Shown here: piece after piece, positions 26,801 to 37,753 of the stretch | How positions within the stretch are numbered: the first letter of the stretch is position 1 | Layout: every line of letters starts with the position of its first letter | Source of the DNA: Felis catus | Taxonomy: Eukaryota | Reading direction: 5' to 3' | NCBI RefSeq assembly: GCF_018350175.1 | Contig: NC_058374.1 | Span: 82,770,001-82,834,000, forward strand | DNA length: 64,000 bases | Program-made: the position numbers and the translations under genes | The notes under the pieces: generated by a model | What the model saw: only the letters and a program-made list of their open reading frames with translations | The model's database searches: none | Told to the model about the DNA's origin: nothing

Positions 26801-29800
26801 GTAATATTCAGATTTCATACTTTGACCTCCATACTCATAGGAGTTCCTTAATAATTCTACCTAATTGTCATTTTCTAACAGAGTCTTCCCTAAAGATTCA
26901 CTCCAAGGAAGACCACGAAGGACAGGAATTCAACCTCAGAAAAGAATCAAGAGCCCTAATTTTGCTTTCAGTAGAAATCCTAACTGTTCTTTAACAAATA
27001 TTTTCTAAACACCTACTTATTCTAAATACACTAAGTATATGCTAGTGAATAAAGTATATAGATAGGATCTGCCCTCCTCCTACTTTCTTGGGAACTAGAA
27101 ACTGCTCTCACTTCCAATAGGAGTTCTTTTGTAGTTTCAGCACCTAACACTTTGGTCCAGAAATTTACAAGATACTTCTGAAAGCATTTGAAAAAAAAGC
27201 CTAGAAAGACAAATCTAGAGAAAGTAGCCTAAACGGACTATTGCCTAGAATAGTTATTTTTGAAGTCAAAATTTTGAAGTCATATTTTTTAAAAATGTTT
27301 AATTTTTTTTTTAATGTTTATTTATTTTTGAGACAGAGAGAGACAGAGCATGAACGGGGGAGGGTCAGAGAGAGAGGGAGACACAGAATCTGAAACAGGC
27401 TCCAGGCTCTGAGCTGTCAGCACAGAGCCTGACACAAGGCTCGAACTCATGGACTGCGAGATCACGACCTGAGCCCAAGTCGGACACTTAATCGACTGAG
27501 CCACCCAGGCACCCCAAAATGTTTATTTATTTTTAAGAGGGGGGCGGAATGAGAATGAGCGGGGGGAGGGGCAGAGAGAGAGGGGAACAGAGGATCTGAA
27601 ATGAGCTCAGTGCTGACAGCAGGGAGCCTGATGCGGGGCTCAAACCCATGAACCCTGAGATCATGACCTGAGCTGAAGTCAGACTCAACTGACTGAGCCA
27701 CCCAGGTGCCCTTGAAATTAATTTCCAAAATAATCACTAATTCCAAAAAAATAAAAAAGCCCAAATACACAAAGTTTCATATATACATTCAATAAAGTTG
27801 CAAACAAGAGAGACCTGTACGTGGCTTTACTGGCCCACCAGGTCAGTCAACAGAAGTGCTTGAAAAAATACAAGTTTCCAGATCCCATCCTACCTTTGCT
27901 GAATCAGAATCTGAAGACAGGATTAATGAATGTGCAATATGAACAAGCAACCCAGGTGATAATGCCCACTGTGAACTTACAGAGCTTTTAAAATGGTAAC
28001 ATGTAAAAAGAAATACAGGAACCTAGGGGTGCCTAGCTGACTCATTTGGAGGAGCATGTGACTCCTGATTTCAGGGTCATGACTTTGAGCCCCACATTGG
28101 GTGCAGAAATCATTTAAATAAATAAACCTTAAAAAAAAAAAAAAACACAGGGACCTAAAGAATTTGGGCAACTGAGGGAAAAACTGAAAGAGTCATATGT
28201 TAAGAAAGCTCTATCGCTAAGGCTGCCACACTACTGTTTTAAATTTCACATCCTACTATATCACATAAAGCACTGAACTAGGTCAAAAATAATTACTATG
28301 TAGCTCTAGAGATCCACCACATCTGGCTTCCTACCTTCTGCCCATCTGAACTAGGAATGCCAGCCTTCTCTTCTAATGATTTACTTCAGCAATGCTCACC
28401 TCACTGCTTCTCCATATCCACGCACTCATCCATTACTAATCTAAAGGCCACTAGGAAGAACAAATGCAGTCATCCCACCATTAGCACACGATGAGGCTTT
28501 TTACTCTCCATTTTTCATCTTTAGCCCATCTAGTAAGCATCAAGGAACTGCCATCACACTTTGGGTAGTCTGAGATTTGGGCACTTGCCTTTAAAAGTTC
28601 TAGGCTATAGGAGTGCCTGGGTGGCTCCATCAGTTAAGCGGCCAACTCTTGGTTTTGGCTCAGGTCATGATCTCATGGTTCATGAGATCGAGCCTCACAT
28701 TGGGCTCTATGCTGACAGTGCAGAGCCTGCTTGGGAGTCTCTTCCTCTCTCCCTCGGGGCCCTCTCCTCTGCTCATTCTCTTTCTCTCTCTCTCTCTTAC
28801 ACACACACATACACTCCCCTGCTCTTTCTCTTTCTCTCTCTCACACACACACACATTTTTTTAAAAAGTTCTAGGCTATAAGGGGCATCTGGTTGGCTCA
28901 GTTGGAAGAGCATGCAACTCTTGATCTTGGGGTCGTGAGTTCAAGCCCCATGTTGGGTGTAGAGATTACTTAAACTTAAAAAAATGTTTTTTAAAAACTA
29001 AAGTTCAGGGCTGTAAGCCTAACTACCATTTCACAGAAAAAAACTTTATCTAGTTTTGTTGAACCCAATTTCAGACTAGGATTTATACTGGAGATGTTCA
29101 GTAGTATAGATCTACTGTAAAGGAATCATGGGTTTCAATTTAAGTGTCTTGAAAAGGTCTAGAAATCATATAAAAACACTTTTGGCTTGATTTTCTCAAA
29201 GTTATCGAACACCCTAGCCTGGAGGAGCAATTCTCGACGGTACAAGATGTAACTGGGGTTTGTTGGGGTGCTTGGGTTGCTCGGTGGGTTAAGTGTCTGA
29301 CTTCAGCTCAGGTCATGATCTCTTGGTTCGTCAGTTCGAGCCCTGCATCAAGCTCTCTGCTGTCAGTGGAAAGCCTGCTTCAGATCCTGTCTCCCACTTT
29401 CTGCCCCTCCTCCACTCATACTGGCTAATTCTCAAAAATGAATAAACATTAAAAAAAAAAAAAAAAGTAGGGTTTGTTAAGTAACCCTAGGTTACTTGGT
29501 GTTAAAAGAGTCCAGAGATGAATTAGTGGCCATACTCTAATTTCCAGCCCAAATCCAGGCCTGGGTCACTTCTGAAAAGATAGTACCACAAAGAGAAGGC
29601 ACCCAGAGCTAATACTAAGGCCACTGCTTACTATGAATTCATTTGGATAAATAAGTCAAAGAATCTCAAGGTTCTGAATTAGTCTATCTCTCCAACTCAG
29701 GTGTTCATTAAATTACCTGAAAGTGAGTATGGTAGAACAGTACAATGACTGGCATTTATGTCACCTAGCATAGTTAAAAAAATCTCTTCTCAGGGGCACC

Positions 29801-32158
29801 TGGGTGGCTCAGTAGGTTAAAAGTCTGACTCTTGGGGTGCCTCGCCTGGGTGGCTCAGTTGGTTAAGTGGCTGACTTCAGCTCAGGTCATGATTTCGTGG
29901 TTTGTGAGTTCGAGCCCTGCAGTTGAGCCTGCTTTGGATTCTGTGTCTCCTCTCTCTGTCCCTGTCCTGCTCACACTCTGTCTCTCTCTCTCAAAAATAA
30001 ATAAACATTAAAAAAAATAATAAAATAAAAGTTCGACTCTTGATTTCAGCTCAGGTCATAATCTCGAGATTTGTGAGATCGGGCCCTGCACCAGGCTCCA
30101 GGCTGGGCTTAGAGCCTGCTTGGGATTCTGTCCCTCCCTCTCCCTCTGCCCTTCCCTAGCTTGTGCATGCTCTTGAATGCGCACGTGCTCTAAACAAAAA
30201 AAACAAAAAAACAAAAAAAACAAAAAAAAAACAAACCAACAACAACACCTCTTCTCAGAAAAGTGGAACTACATCTGACCTTGAGAATCAAAGTAGTAGG
30301 GGTCAGTTTTTCTCAAATCAGAAAGTATTTATTTTTGCCCTTTAAAGCCTACCTTAATAGCAAAAGTAAAACTGAGTTCCAGTTAACTTGCAGGCTAAGC
30401 TGGAAAACTCAGGCAGGTGCTAGCAATGCTGACAAAATGAAAGGCTTCTTGGTATCCTGGTCATTCTGCTTAGATCTCAGGAAATTTCCACTCCTGTGTT
30501 TTTTGAGCTTTGCTAATTTTAAGAGTCAAGAGCCTTCAAATGGCTTCCAATTTACAGGTTTCTGGGATCCTCAGGTTCATCCCTAACAGGAAAGTAAACA
30601 AAACAATAATGATTCTACAATTATATAGCACTGTCATCCCAAAAGCGTTCTGAGCTTCCCTAGAGGCTTAAAGGACAAAATAAATTCAAAAGGTAAATTC
30701 TAAAGGTTTTTCAAATTCGTTTAAGGGTTAGATTAACTGGTCTGGGTTAGCAACTCTGAAATGAGCTAATTATAGTGTCGTGTCCCCTATTCTGCCAAAA
30801 CACTATCTAGAACTTGCTTCATTTCCCAAGAGACTTCCTTACCCTGTTCCCTGGCAGCAGAAGAAGCAACAGTCAAGTAAGACAAGTATCTCCCAAATGA
30901 TCAGCCTCCACCTTGCTGCTGGGTACCTGGAAGAACCCCAGTGTAAATTCTACAGGCTTCACCTTATCTGTCAACCATGCAAGATAACACACAGCAAGTC
31001 AAAACCATTCTAAGACTTTCCTTTCCTTCAGGTGCTGGCAGGTTTAATCTGCAGAAGAGAAAGTATAAGTTCTTTGCAGAAGTCAAGGTCACTTGTGGGA
31101 CTGTCCCTACTTGGATTAGAAGACTGGGACTACCCCCCCTCAACACAGCAGTTTCTCTACTTAAAGGGCTAAGCTACCCAGAGACAAAAGTACTGGCAAT
31201 TTGAAGTTGAAAGTACCAAGCAATAATATTCATATAATACAAAGGCAACAAAATTCGAGTAAATTAGGGCCTCAAAGAATGAGAGGAATCTCTCTCCTGG
31301 GTAGAGTAGACTTAAGAGCAATGGCTAAACCTGAGTGAGAGAGTAGTAAGATTGGTCATGTGACTTCAGCAGTACTATCTCCTGCCCAGTTATCTTCACT
31401 TACTGGCCTGCAGTTTGGAGGAACAATCTTTCTGGTTCTTTCTCCAATCACATATGATAATCATGCAGAAGGTTTTACAGAAGAGCTCCACCCCATCCAA
31501 GCTCCTCCTATATGAAGAGTAAGTGCAAGAGTCCCAAGGACAAAAAGGACCTGAGTTCCACTCCACCAGAGGAACTGCTAAAGCTTGGTCATTAAAAGCT
31601 TCAAAATTTGGGTTGGAGAAATAAAAAAGGCAGTTTGGGAACTGACAAGGCCTTCCCTACAAAGCAGAAGCTGAAATCAGCCACCGCTCCAGCTCTGGTC
31701 CAGGGACAGTGGGCACATCTCTTCATCCCTGCCACTTCTACCCCCTCACCCCCTCCTCCAAACAGGCCCTTTCCCTAACTCCAATAGAACACAACACCTA
31801 TGTTCTCCACTGGCAGCTCCTTTGCCCAGAGCTCTTCCACGCTAGACATGCAGGGTGACAGCAGAGGCCGGGCTCTCCACCCGCCCAAGACCGCATGCCG
31901 GGGGCGGGCAGCTCTCTCTTCACCCGGAGGGGCAGAAGGCCAACGTAGCACATGGCCCTGAGTGCTCCACAGAAGGCTGGCGGCCAGCCAGGCGCAGGGC
32001 CCCTTTAAGGAGCGCTGGGGTGCGTATGGGTAGGGGAGGGAGACCCTGGCGCTGAAGGGCCTGCAGTCGTCTGAGCCCCACCCTTGGGCCGCGCGCTCCC
32101 TCCCTTAGTTGCTCACCTTGGCTCCGAAGAGCCGGGCGGCCGCAGTGAGTAAAGCCAT
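5943..32158 (-). CDS. CS: Citrate synthase, mitochondrial (11 exons, 466 aa)
   Basis: Exons: 32117-32158 ([14 protein letters not shown]), 19116-19166, 18455-18562, 16844-16909, 16278-16409 ([14 protein letters not shown]), 15832-16020, 8170 into gap 7939-8083 ([12 protein letters not shown]...), 7292-7421 ([10 protein letters not shown]...GPLHGLANQ), 7066-7167, 6645-6854 ([13 protein letters not shown]...NVDAHSG), 5943-6113 (...FVDSKSG*). Sum is 1401 nt if exon 7 is 200 nt. Confidence 0.98.
6226..6420 (+). mobile_element. CanSINE
   Basis: ggggtgtccaggtggctcagtcagttaag head, CT tract, A-rich tail. Confidence 0.8.
7939..8083. other. Assembly gap (145 N) over 3' part of CS exon 7
   Basis: N run interrupts ...RNLYREGS. 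Confidence 0.95.
8399..8578 (+). mobile_element. CanSINE
   Basis: Head, CT tract, (AAAAC)n tail. Confidence 0.75.
9351..9572 (-). mobile_element. Young felid SINEC_Fc
   Basis: CpG-intact copy; TSD TGAAGTCTC at 9342-9350 and 9573-9581. Confidence 0.9.
10016..10132 (+). mobile_element. 5'-truncated carnivore L1 3' end
   Basis: ...tgttgaatcactatattgta...gttaactaactg + polyA, flanked by AAGACTAC TSD. Confidence 0.7.
10694..10920 (+). mobile_element. CanSINE
   Basis: TSD TAAATAACTTAAA at 10681 and 10921. Confidence 0.85.
11259..11470 (+). mobile_element. CanSINE
   Basis: TSD ACTGCCAAAATTA. Confidence 0.8.
12148..12442 (-). mobile_element. CanSINE with expanded (GA)n/(GGGAGA)n tract
   Basis: About 140-nt purine-rich tract 12184-12320 inside the SINE. 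Confidence 0.8.
13110..13566. mobile_element. Tail-to-tail inverted CanSINE pair spanning a gap
   Basis: + copy 13110-13270, - copy 13455-13566. Confidence 0.8.
13271..13454. other. Assembly gap (184 N) between two inverted SINEs
   Basis: A + strand SINE enters the gap and a - strand SINE exits it. Confidence 0.95.
15648..15695. repeat. (AAAC)n microsatellite
   Basis: About 11 units. Confidence 0.9.
17400..18306 (-). mobile_element. Cluster: L1 3' fragment plus three CanSINEs (CS intron 3)
   Basis: L1 end about 17400-17530; SINEs about 17534-17754, 17890-18090, 18100-18306. Confidence 0.75.
20620..20867 (+). mobile_element. Young felid SINEC_Fc
   Basis: ggggcgcctgggtggcgcag...cacgatctcgcggtccgtg; long A tail; 17-bp TSD 20603-20619 / 20868-20884. 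Confidence 0.92.
21526..21749 (-). mobile_element. Young felid SINEC_Fc
   Basis: Near-identical reverse complement of the 20620 copy. Confidence 0.9.
22435..22648 (+). mobile_element. CanSINE
   Basis: TSD AAAAGACTCAGCTGG. Confidence 0.85.
22960..23150 (+). mobile_element. MIR
   Basis: Core ctgtgtgacc...cctcagtttccttatcagtaaaatggg. Confidence 0.7.
23471..23786. mobile_element. Tigger2-family DNA transposon remnant (TcMar)
   Basis: Degenerate TIRs tagttgatccttgaacaac ... gttgctaaaggctcagccg with TA flanks. Confidence 0.7.
24360..24566 (-). mobile_element. Felid SINEC_Fc
   Basis: TSD TACAATCAAGTTTTA. Confidence 0.85.
26307..26525 (+). mobile_element. CanSINE
   Basis: TSD AAAAAAGATCAGAGCTT. 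Confidence 0.85.
27303..27711 (-). mobile_element. Two tandem CanSINEs
   Basis: About 27303-27515 inserted at the tail of about 27519-27711; TSD AAAATGTTTA. Confidence 0.8.
28611..28985 (+). mobile_element. Two CanSINEs inserted at the same target
   Basis: Target AAAGTTCTAGGCTATA repeated before, between and (degenerately) after the two copies. Confidence 0.75.
29793..30248 (+). mobile_element. Nested CanSINE-in-CanSINE
   Basis: Inner copy about 29834-30026 flanked by AAAAGTCTGACTCTT / AAAAGTTCGACTCTT; outer TSD CTCTTCTCA. Confidence 0.8.
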
Positions 32159-32159
32159 G

Positions 32160-32520
32160 ACGGGCGAACTCGGGGATCTGGTGGGGAGGGAAGGAGGGGA
32201 CAGAGCTGCGGCAGGAACGGGAGCCGCCGCCGCTGCAGCAAAGGCCGCGCCGACGGGTGGACAAGGTTGAAAGGAGGTGGCTGAGGGAAAGGGTAGACAA
32301 ACCGGCGGCGGCGCCCAGCCCGGGGTCCTCAGCGAGGCCCCGCCTACTGCCCGAACCCGCTCCCGCCCCTCTCAGGGGACTCGCCTCCGGATCGGCCATT
32401 GGTCCGGCGTGTGTGTGGGCGGGACCTGAGCCATAGACAGCAGTTGTTGCGGGCAGGATTGGACCGCCTGGGTTAGGCTAATTAAGGATGGGCGCGGGGG
32501 AGGGGGGGCGGGGGGCGTGT
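32160..32520 (-). promoter_or_regulatory. CS CpG-island promoter / 5' UTR
   Basis: CCAAT boxes on - strand (32398-32402, 32458-32462), GC boxes, G-run tract about 32489-32515; GTCACGTG E-box further upstream at 32772-32779. Confidence 0.75.
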
Positions 32521-34420
32521 AGGTGACTAAGTATGTGCCTGATAACTCAGTTAACTTCCTTCTTAGGCTTCCCTCTTGCCCTTAAAACATTTGGGGTTAG
32601 TTCTCAAGTTAATATGAGAGAAAAAGTCCCAAGAACTCCGACCTTGGAAGGTCCTCGGAAGCCAGTCCTTTAATATACTATCACAGCTACTGATCATTGC
32701 CGGCACCTCCTACCCCACTGGCATACTTTCTTAATGTCTTTGGTCAATGACTTAATGGCCATAGAGGTGCCGTCACGTGGACAGAGGCTATGATGCCAGA
32801 GTTAGCTGCTTGATGACCATTTGAGGTCAGCAGAGGCCATAGTATTATAGATAGTAAAAGACCCCAATATATGGAGAGGGAAAGCAAAGGCAGGAGCCTG
32901 AATATATCCAGTGTATTTATGGGCTGTCAGTTCTGCGTCTGGTGCCAGGAAATCCAAACCTTACAGATGCCCCCATAATATGAAGGCTTCCAAGGGTGAC
33001 AGGCTCAGTTGGTGAAGCATGCCACTCTTGATCTCAGGGTTATAGGTTTGAGCCCCACATTGGGTATAGACATTACTAACATAAATAAAATCTTTAAAAA
33101 AAAAAAAAAAAAAAAAAGGAAGGCTTCCAGCACAGGCCAAAACCTCTGGGCCCTGGGCATTAGTCTCACTGCCATTCCAGTCACATAACCCCAGGCAGGC
33201 AGCCCACCCCACATCTAGCCATAAGATCAAAAGCTGCAGACTAGCCCCTCATCTAAAATTAGGCATTAAGCATCCTCCCTATTTGTCATACCGCTTCCTT
33301 CACTCCATCACTCCCATAGAGCCTCTGGACCCCTTCTCCTACATGGCTGTCTTGTATACACTTATCCCATGCTTCCCAGAGACCATTAAATGAACCTCAG
33401 TACTAAATTGATCTTCTACATTGCTTTTCACTAACTCATCTAGGTAGACAAGACCTCAGGACCTTTCTACCTCCTAAACCCATCACTGTCATTGACCTAG
33501 GTGCAGAAGGAAAGTGACCCAAGGACCAGGACACCTAATCTACAAACCCCAAGCTCCAAATGAATAGTCCTTTTATCTCCTCACATAGCAATAACAAGGT
33601 TCAGAAGTCTCAGTACCATCAAACCAGGTTTAGATAGACCTACTTTATAAAGAAACTAGTTTATAGCTTGGACTTGGGGAAAGAGAAGGAGAAACCACCA
33701 TTTTCTCTTCCCAATTTTCTTTGTACCTAGCTTCACAACTTACCAACCAACACTCCTCTGATTCGGAAATCAGATTGGTAGGTCTTAGTAAAGAACTACA
33801 TGAAGAGAAGCCAAGCAGTGCCCCAAAGGAACACTGACCTCAACTACCTTCTCGGTGACTTCAAAGCTCCAATGATCAATATTTGCTCCCAATTTAGCAT
33901 CTCACAGAGGATTTCCTCCTAACCCTAGAATAGTCTGGCCTGGTTTCTGCTCTCTGGTTAATTATCCACAGAGACTAACCAGAGGTCTGAACTCCAGTAC
34001 CCCAAAATACAAGAGGAATTTTCAGGGTGAGGCTACCAAAGAGTAATTATTGAGTGGCCATAAGGGTAATCTATTTTGGAGCTTTAGTCACTGGCGGGAG
34101 GGTGGGAAACAGCAAAGCTCTAAGCCTCTTGACACCATGTCCTGGAGCCTAGTGTTATGACTACTTTATGGACTTGTTTTGAAGTTGTTTAGTCCTGACA
34201 TCCGTCCTATAACGCCAGTGAGAAAGCCCAGGGATCAGGACTAAATGTGATCTCCCAGAAGCTAGCTTAGAATCTCTTCCTAAACGTGAATGGGACCTGG
34301 GGAGGAGAGAAGAAAGTTAAGGGAGGATTGGCATGAATAAAGCAGCCAAATGAGCTTTAGGTCTAAATACAACTAAGTGCCTGAGAACTAGTGGGGCAGT
34401 GGAGAGAAGGCTGCGCAATG

Positions 34421-34435
34421 AGGTCATCTTGACCT
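34421..34435. promoter_or_regulatory. Perfect palindromic estrogen response element AGGTCA-tct-TGACCT
   Basis: Exact 15-bp consensus ERE about 2.1 kb upstream of the CS start. Confidence 0.6.
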
Positions 34436-34468
34436 TGGGAGGACCTCTTTAAAATGGACAGAGGTGAT

Positions 34469-34484
34469 GGTGCCCCCTGGTGGC
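34469..34484 (-). promoter_or_regulatory. CTCF motif
   Basis: Reverse complement GCCACCAGGGGGCACC matches the CCACCAGRKGGCRC core. Confidence 0.65.
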
Positions 34485-35529
34485 TAAGGGTAAGTGGGAA
34501 AATGCAGCCTAGGCTTCAACTGAAAAGGCCTGCATCAGTAGATCAAACTCCTGTATTTAATGGGTAACTAAAATTTATTGAATACTCATAACTTCCAGGT
34601 AGTATCTAAATGTGGTACATGCACTATCTTAATTAATCCTCACAAAAACTCTAAAGGACGTAGGTAATGTTAGTATCTCTAACATTAGTTAGTATACAGA
34701 GGGGGAAAACCAAGGTTTAGATAAAGTATTCTGCTCAGGACCATAGCTTGTAATTACCCAGAAGCTGTACCTTAACTACTAAGCTGTACTGTTTATATGG
34801 TGATGACTATGAATTATCAGCTGTAACTCAGGAAGGGGACTTCTGAATCACTGTTAATGGTCTTCTGGGCACATCAACTCAGTGTGTTCTGTATTTTAAA
34901 TATTTTCTAAAATAAGGAATAATCTTACTCAACTATAAAATGTTTGTACATCCATACCTGAAATACATGATAAATTGGTGACCCTCCCAGAATATATAAA
35001 GGTAGGAGAGACAAACACTTAACACCTAAAATGACTGGTGGGGTAGAATGGGTTTCTTATTACAATCAGTCTGGAAAAATATAATCAGTCTGAAAGGAGG
35101 ATATAATGCTTTTTCACTCCCTCCTCCCCGCCCAGTGCTTTTTCATTATTGATTATTAGAGTCAGAGGGCATGGTAGTTTTGAAGCAAAAGTACTAGTGT
35201 ACACAGCCACTAGGAACTACATGGAGACTCCACTATAGGAATGAGATAGATAGACCCATTGGCCTAGGGATAAGACAATTGCTAAGGTTGAAGTCTTGAT
35301 TCCCTAAGACACAATCTCTTTGAACTTAGTTTCTTCATCTGTAAAAATGGGAGCAACATCTATTTCTTAGAATTGTAGAGATTGAGGTGTATGTGCTTGT
35401 TATAGGAGTATTCAACATAAACTAGTTCCTTTGCCCTTGCTATTCATCCCTGTCCTGTATTTAAAGGATTCTTGTCCTTGCTCTGAATCCTTTTTAACAG
35501 CATAAAAATTCTCTAAAATTTATTTTTTA

Positions 35530-35742
35530 ATTTTTTTTTTAATGTTTATTTATTTTTGAGACAGAGAGAGACAGAGCATGAACGGGGGAGGGTCAGAGAG
35601 AGAGGGAGACATAGAATCCGAAGCAGGCTCCAGGCTCTGAGCTGTCAGCACAGAGCCCGACGCGGGGCTCGAACTCACGGACCGTGAGATCGTGACCTGA
35701 GCCAAAGTTGGACGCTTAACCGACTGAGCCACCCAAGAGCCC
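35530..35742 (-). mobile_element. Felid SINEC_Fc
   Basis: TSD TCTAAAATTTATTTTT. Confidence 0.85.
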
Positions 35743-37753
35743 CTCTAAAATTTATTTTTAAAGGACTGGGTTTTCACATGATAAATCTCCTACTCACATC
35801 CAGATATTATTGAACACTGTATTCGAGAATGTTTCTTTCAGTTCTAACATTTTACTGATAAACTCATTTAGAAGGCATCTAGAGCTTAAGGTGTAACCAG
35901 ATATGCAAGGTTAGCATTTGATCTACCAAAATACTGGGCTAGAATCATTGGTTGTAGGGAGCCTCCAGAAACATTCAGATAAATTCATGGATTCCTTGTG
36001 GTAACTCATGACATGAATAAAGAGATGTGCAAAGAGTATCCTCCTAACCTTCTGAGGATCAAGTCAAGGAGGATAATGTCCACTCTTCCCTATGTAGGAC
36101 ACACCCCTGTGTAGCAATGGCAAAGACTGTTGAGCTGGAGAGTTCTTAACAGCTGTACCTTGACAGACTAGTGAGGTGTATCACAAGTAATTTATTACCA
36201 ACTAACATTACTTTATTAAAGCTTGTGAATTATTTGCTATTTTGTACGTTAAAACAATTTTGAGTTCCCTATAGAGTACTTCCGCACTTGTGATAAGCTC
36301 TCTGATGGAAGAGTTAAGTTTTTAGACAGGAAGCAGGCAATGGACAGAATCCTGGGTATACTCACAGGGGTATGAAGAATGTGAACATTATTCATGTGCA
36401 TCACAGAAGAAAAAATAGTAACAGCTGGTCTGGAAAACAGACTTGACAGGATACCGCATTTCTTATGGCTGATGAGAGAAGAAGGAATTAACACTAGAAC
36501 CTGAGTTGTCAACTAATATCAGGATACTTGCTCTGAACTAGTTCATGTGTTAGATTTCTCAGGGATTTGTGACATGAAAGCCTTGTTGAACACATTTGCT
36601 TTGTGTGTACAGGGTATTAAGAGAAAAAAAAGACTTAAAACAGAAGCTACTTTACAGCTATATTAGATCATATTGACAGTACGGAACATTAGCCTCTTGA
36701 TCCAATTTTGCCACTAAATACAGACCTTCAGGACCTGTGGTATCTCTAGGCCTCAGTTTCTTCATCTGTAAAATGGGCAGAGATGAACTATATGACCTCC
36801 AAGTTCCCTTTAGATTCTAAAATGCTTAATTTAAAAAGTCTTCAAAATGTTTATTCAGTTATTCTTTCCCTGAGGTATTCCTGGGATAGAAGTGTTCCAT
36901 TCCAAACCCTGAGATAGACATACCTCTGGATCAAGGTGTTTAAGAAGCTCCTCAAAGAAGGTATCCTTTAGGTTTCCATCCCTATGCCCCAATACAGAAT
37001 CTCTACACATAGAAAGTGGGGACAGACTTACAGTCCAGACTGACAGATGGAGATGAAAAAGGTATACTTTAGTGCTACAGGTTCAAATCTAAAAGCTTAG
37101 ACCAGCAAGCAAGGGCCTTCATCAAATAACATCCCTTACCTCATCTCTCCCTATCTTATAAAGCCTTTACTTTTCAGATGAGTTGACCCCATCTATTTCC
37201 ACTTCCTCTCTGCTGTTGCTGATCCCTCCATCTGGAAGGGCAGGGAGGGAAGAATAATGCATATCCATGATTTCCTTCAAGACCAAGCTGTCTTAAACTT
37301 TATGTTTCATCAGTATAAATACAAGTCATTTTTAGAATCCCATACTACCACACACTTACCTATGTTCCCTTGCTTATTCACAGAGGTTCCTCTTCTCTCC
37401 ACAATTAGACTCTAAACACATGGTATTGAGTAGGCACCGAAAAAATGTTTATCTAGTTTTGAGTCCAGCAGGAATCTCAGATGGCAAAAGAATGAAAGCC
37501 TCAGGCTCCTCCTACCTTCATGCTACACCATTTCCAAAGCACTTCCTTCCCTTTTCTTTCCTGTCTGGAATCCCCTATCTTCAAGCTTAATGTAAGGGTT
37601 GATTCTGGATATGAAAAGACAACACAGTTCATACTTTTGGTTTCACAATTTTTCAGTTCATTTCAATAAAAACATAATATAAAAGGCATTGCCACCCTCT
37701 TCCCCTCCTGGGGGTGATCCATCAAGCCTGTCAGTCTGGGCCGCTCCAGTGGT

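Noticed and set aside
31920-32399. 159-aa ORF over CS exon 1
   Set aside because: Out of frame with CS, starts upstream of the likely transcription start, and is explained by GC richness.
9325-35732. Recurrent small ORFs like [16 protein letters not shown]... resembling a gene family
   Set aside because: Translations of CanSINE copies.
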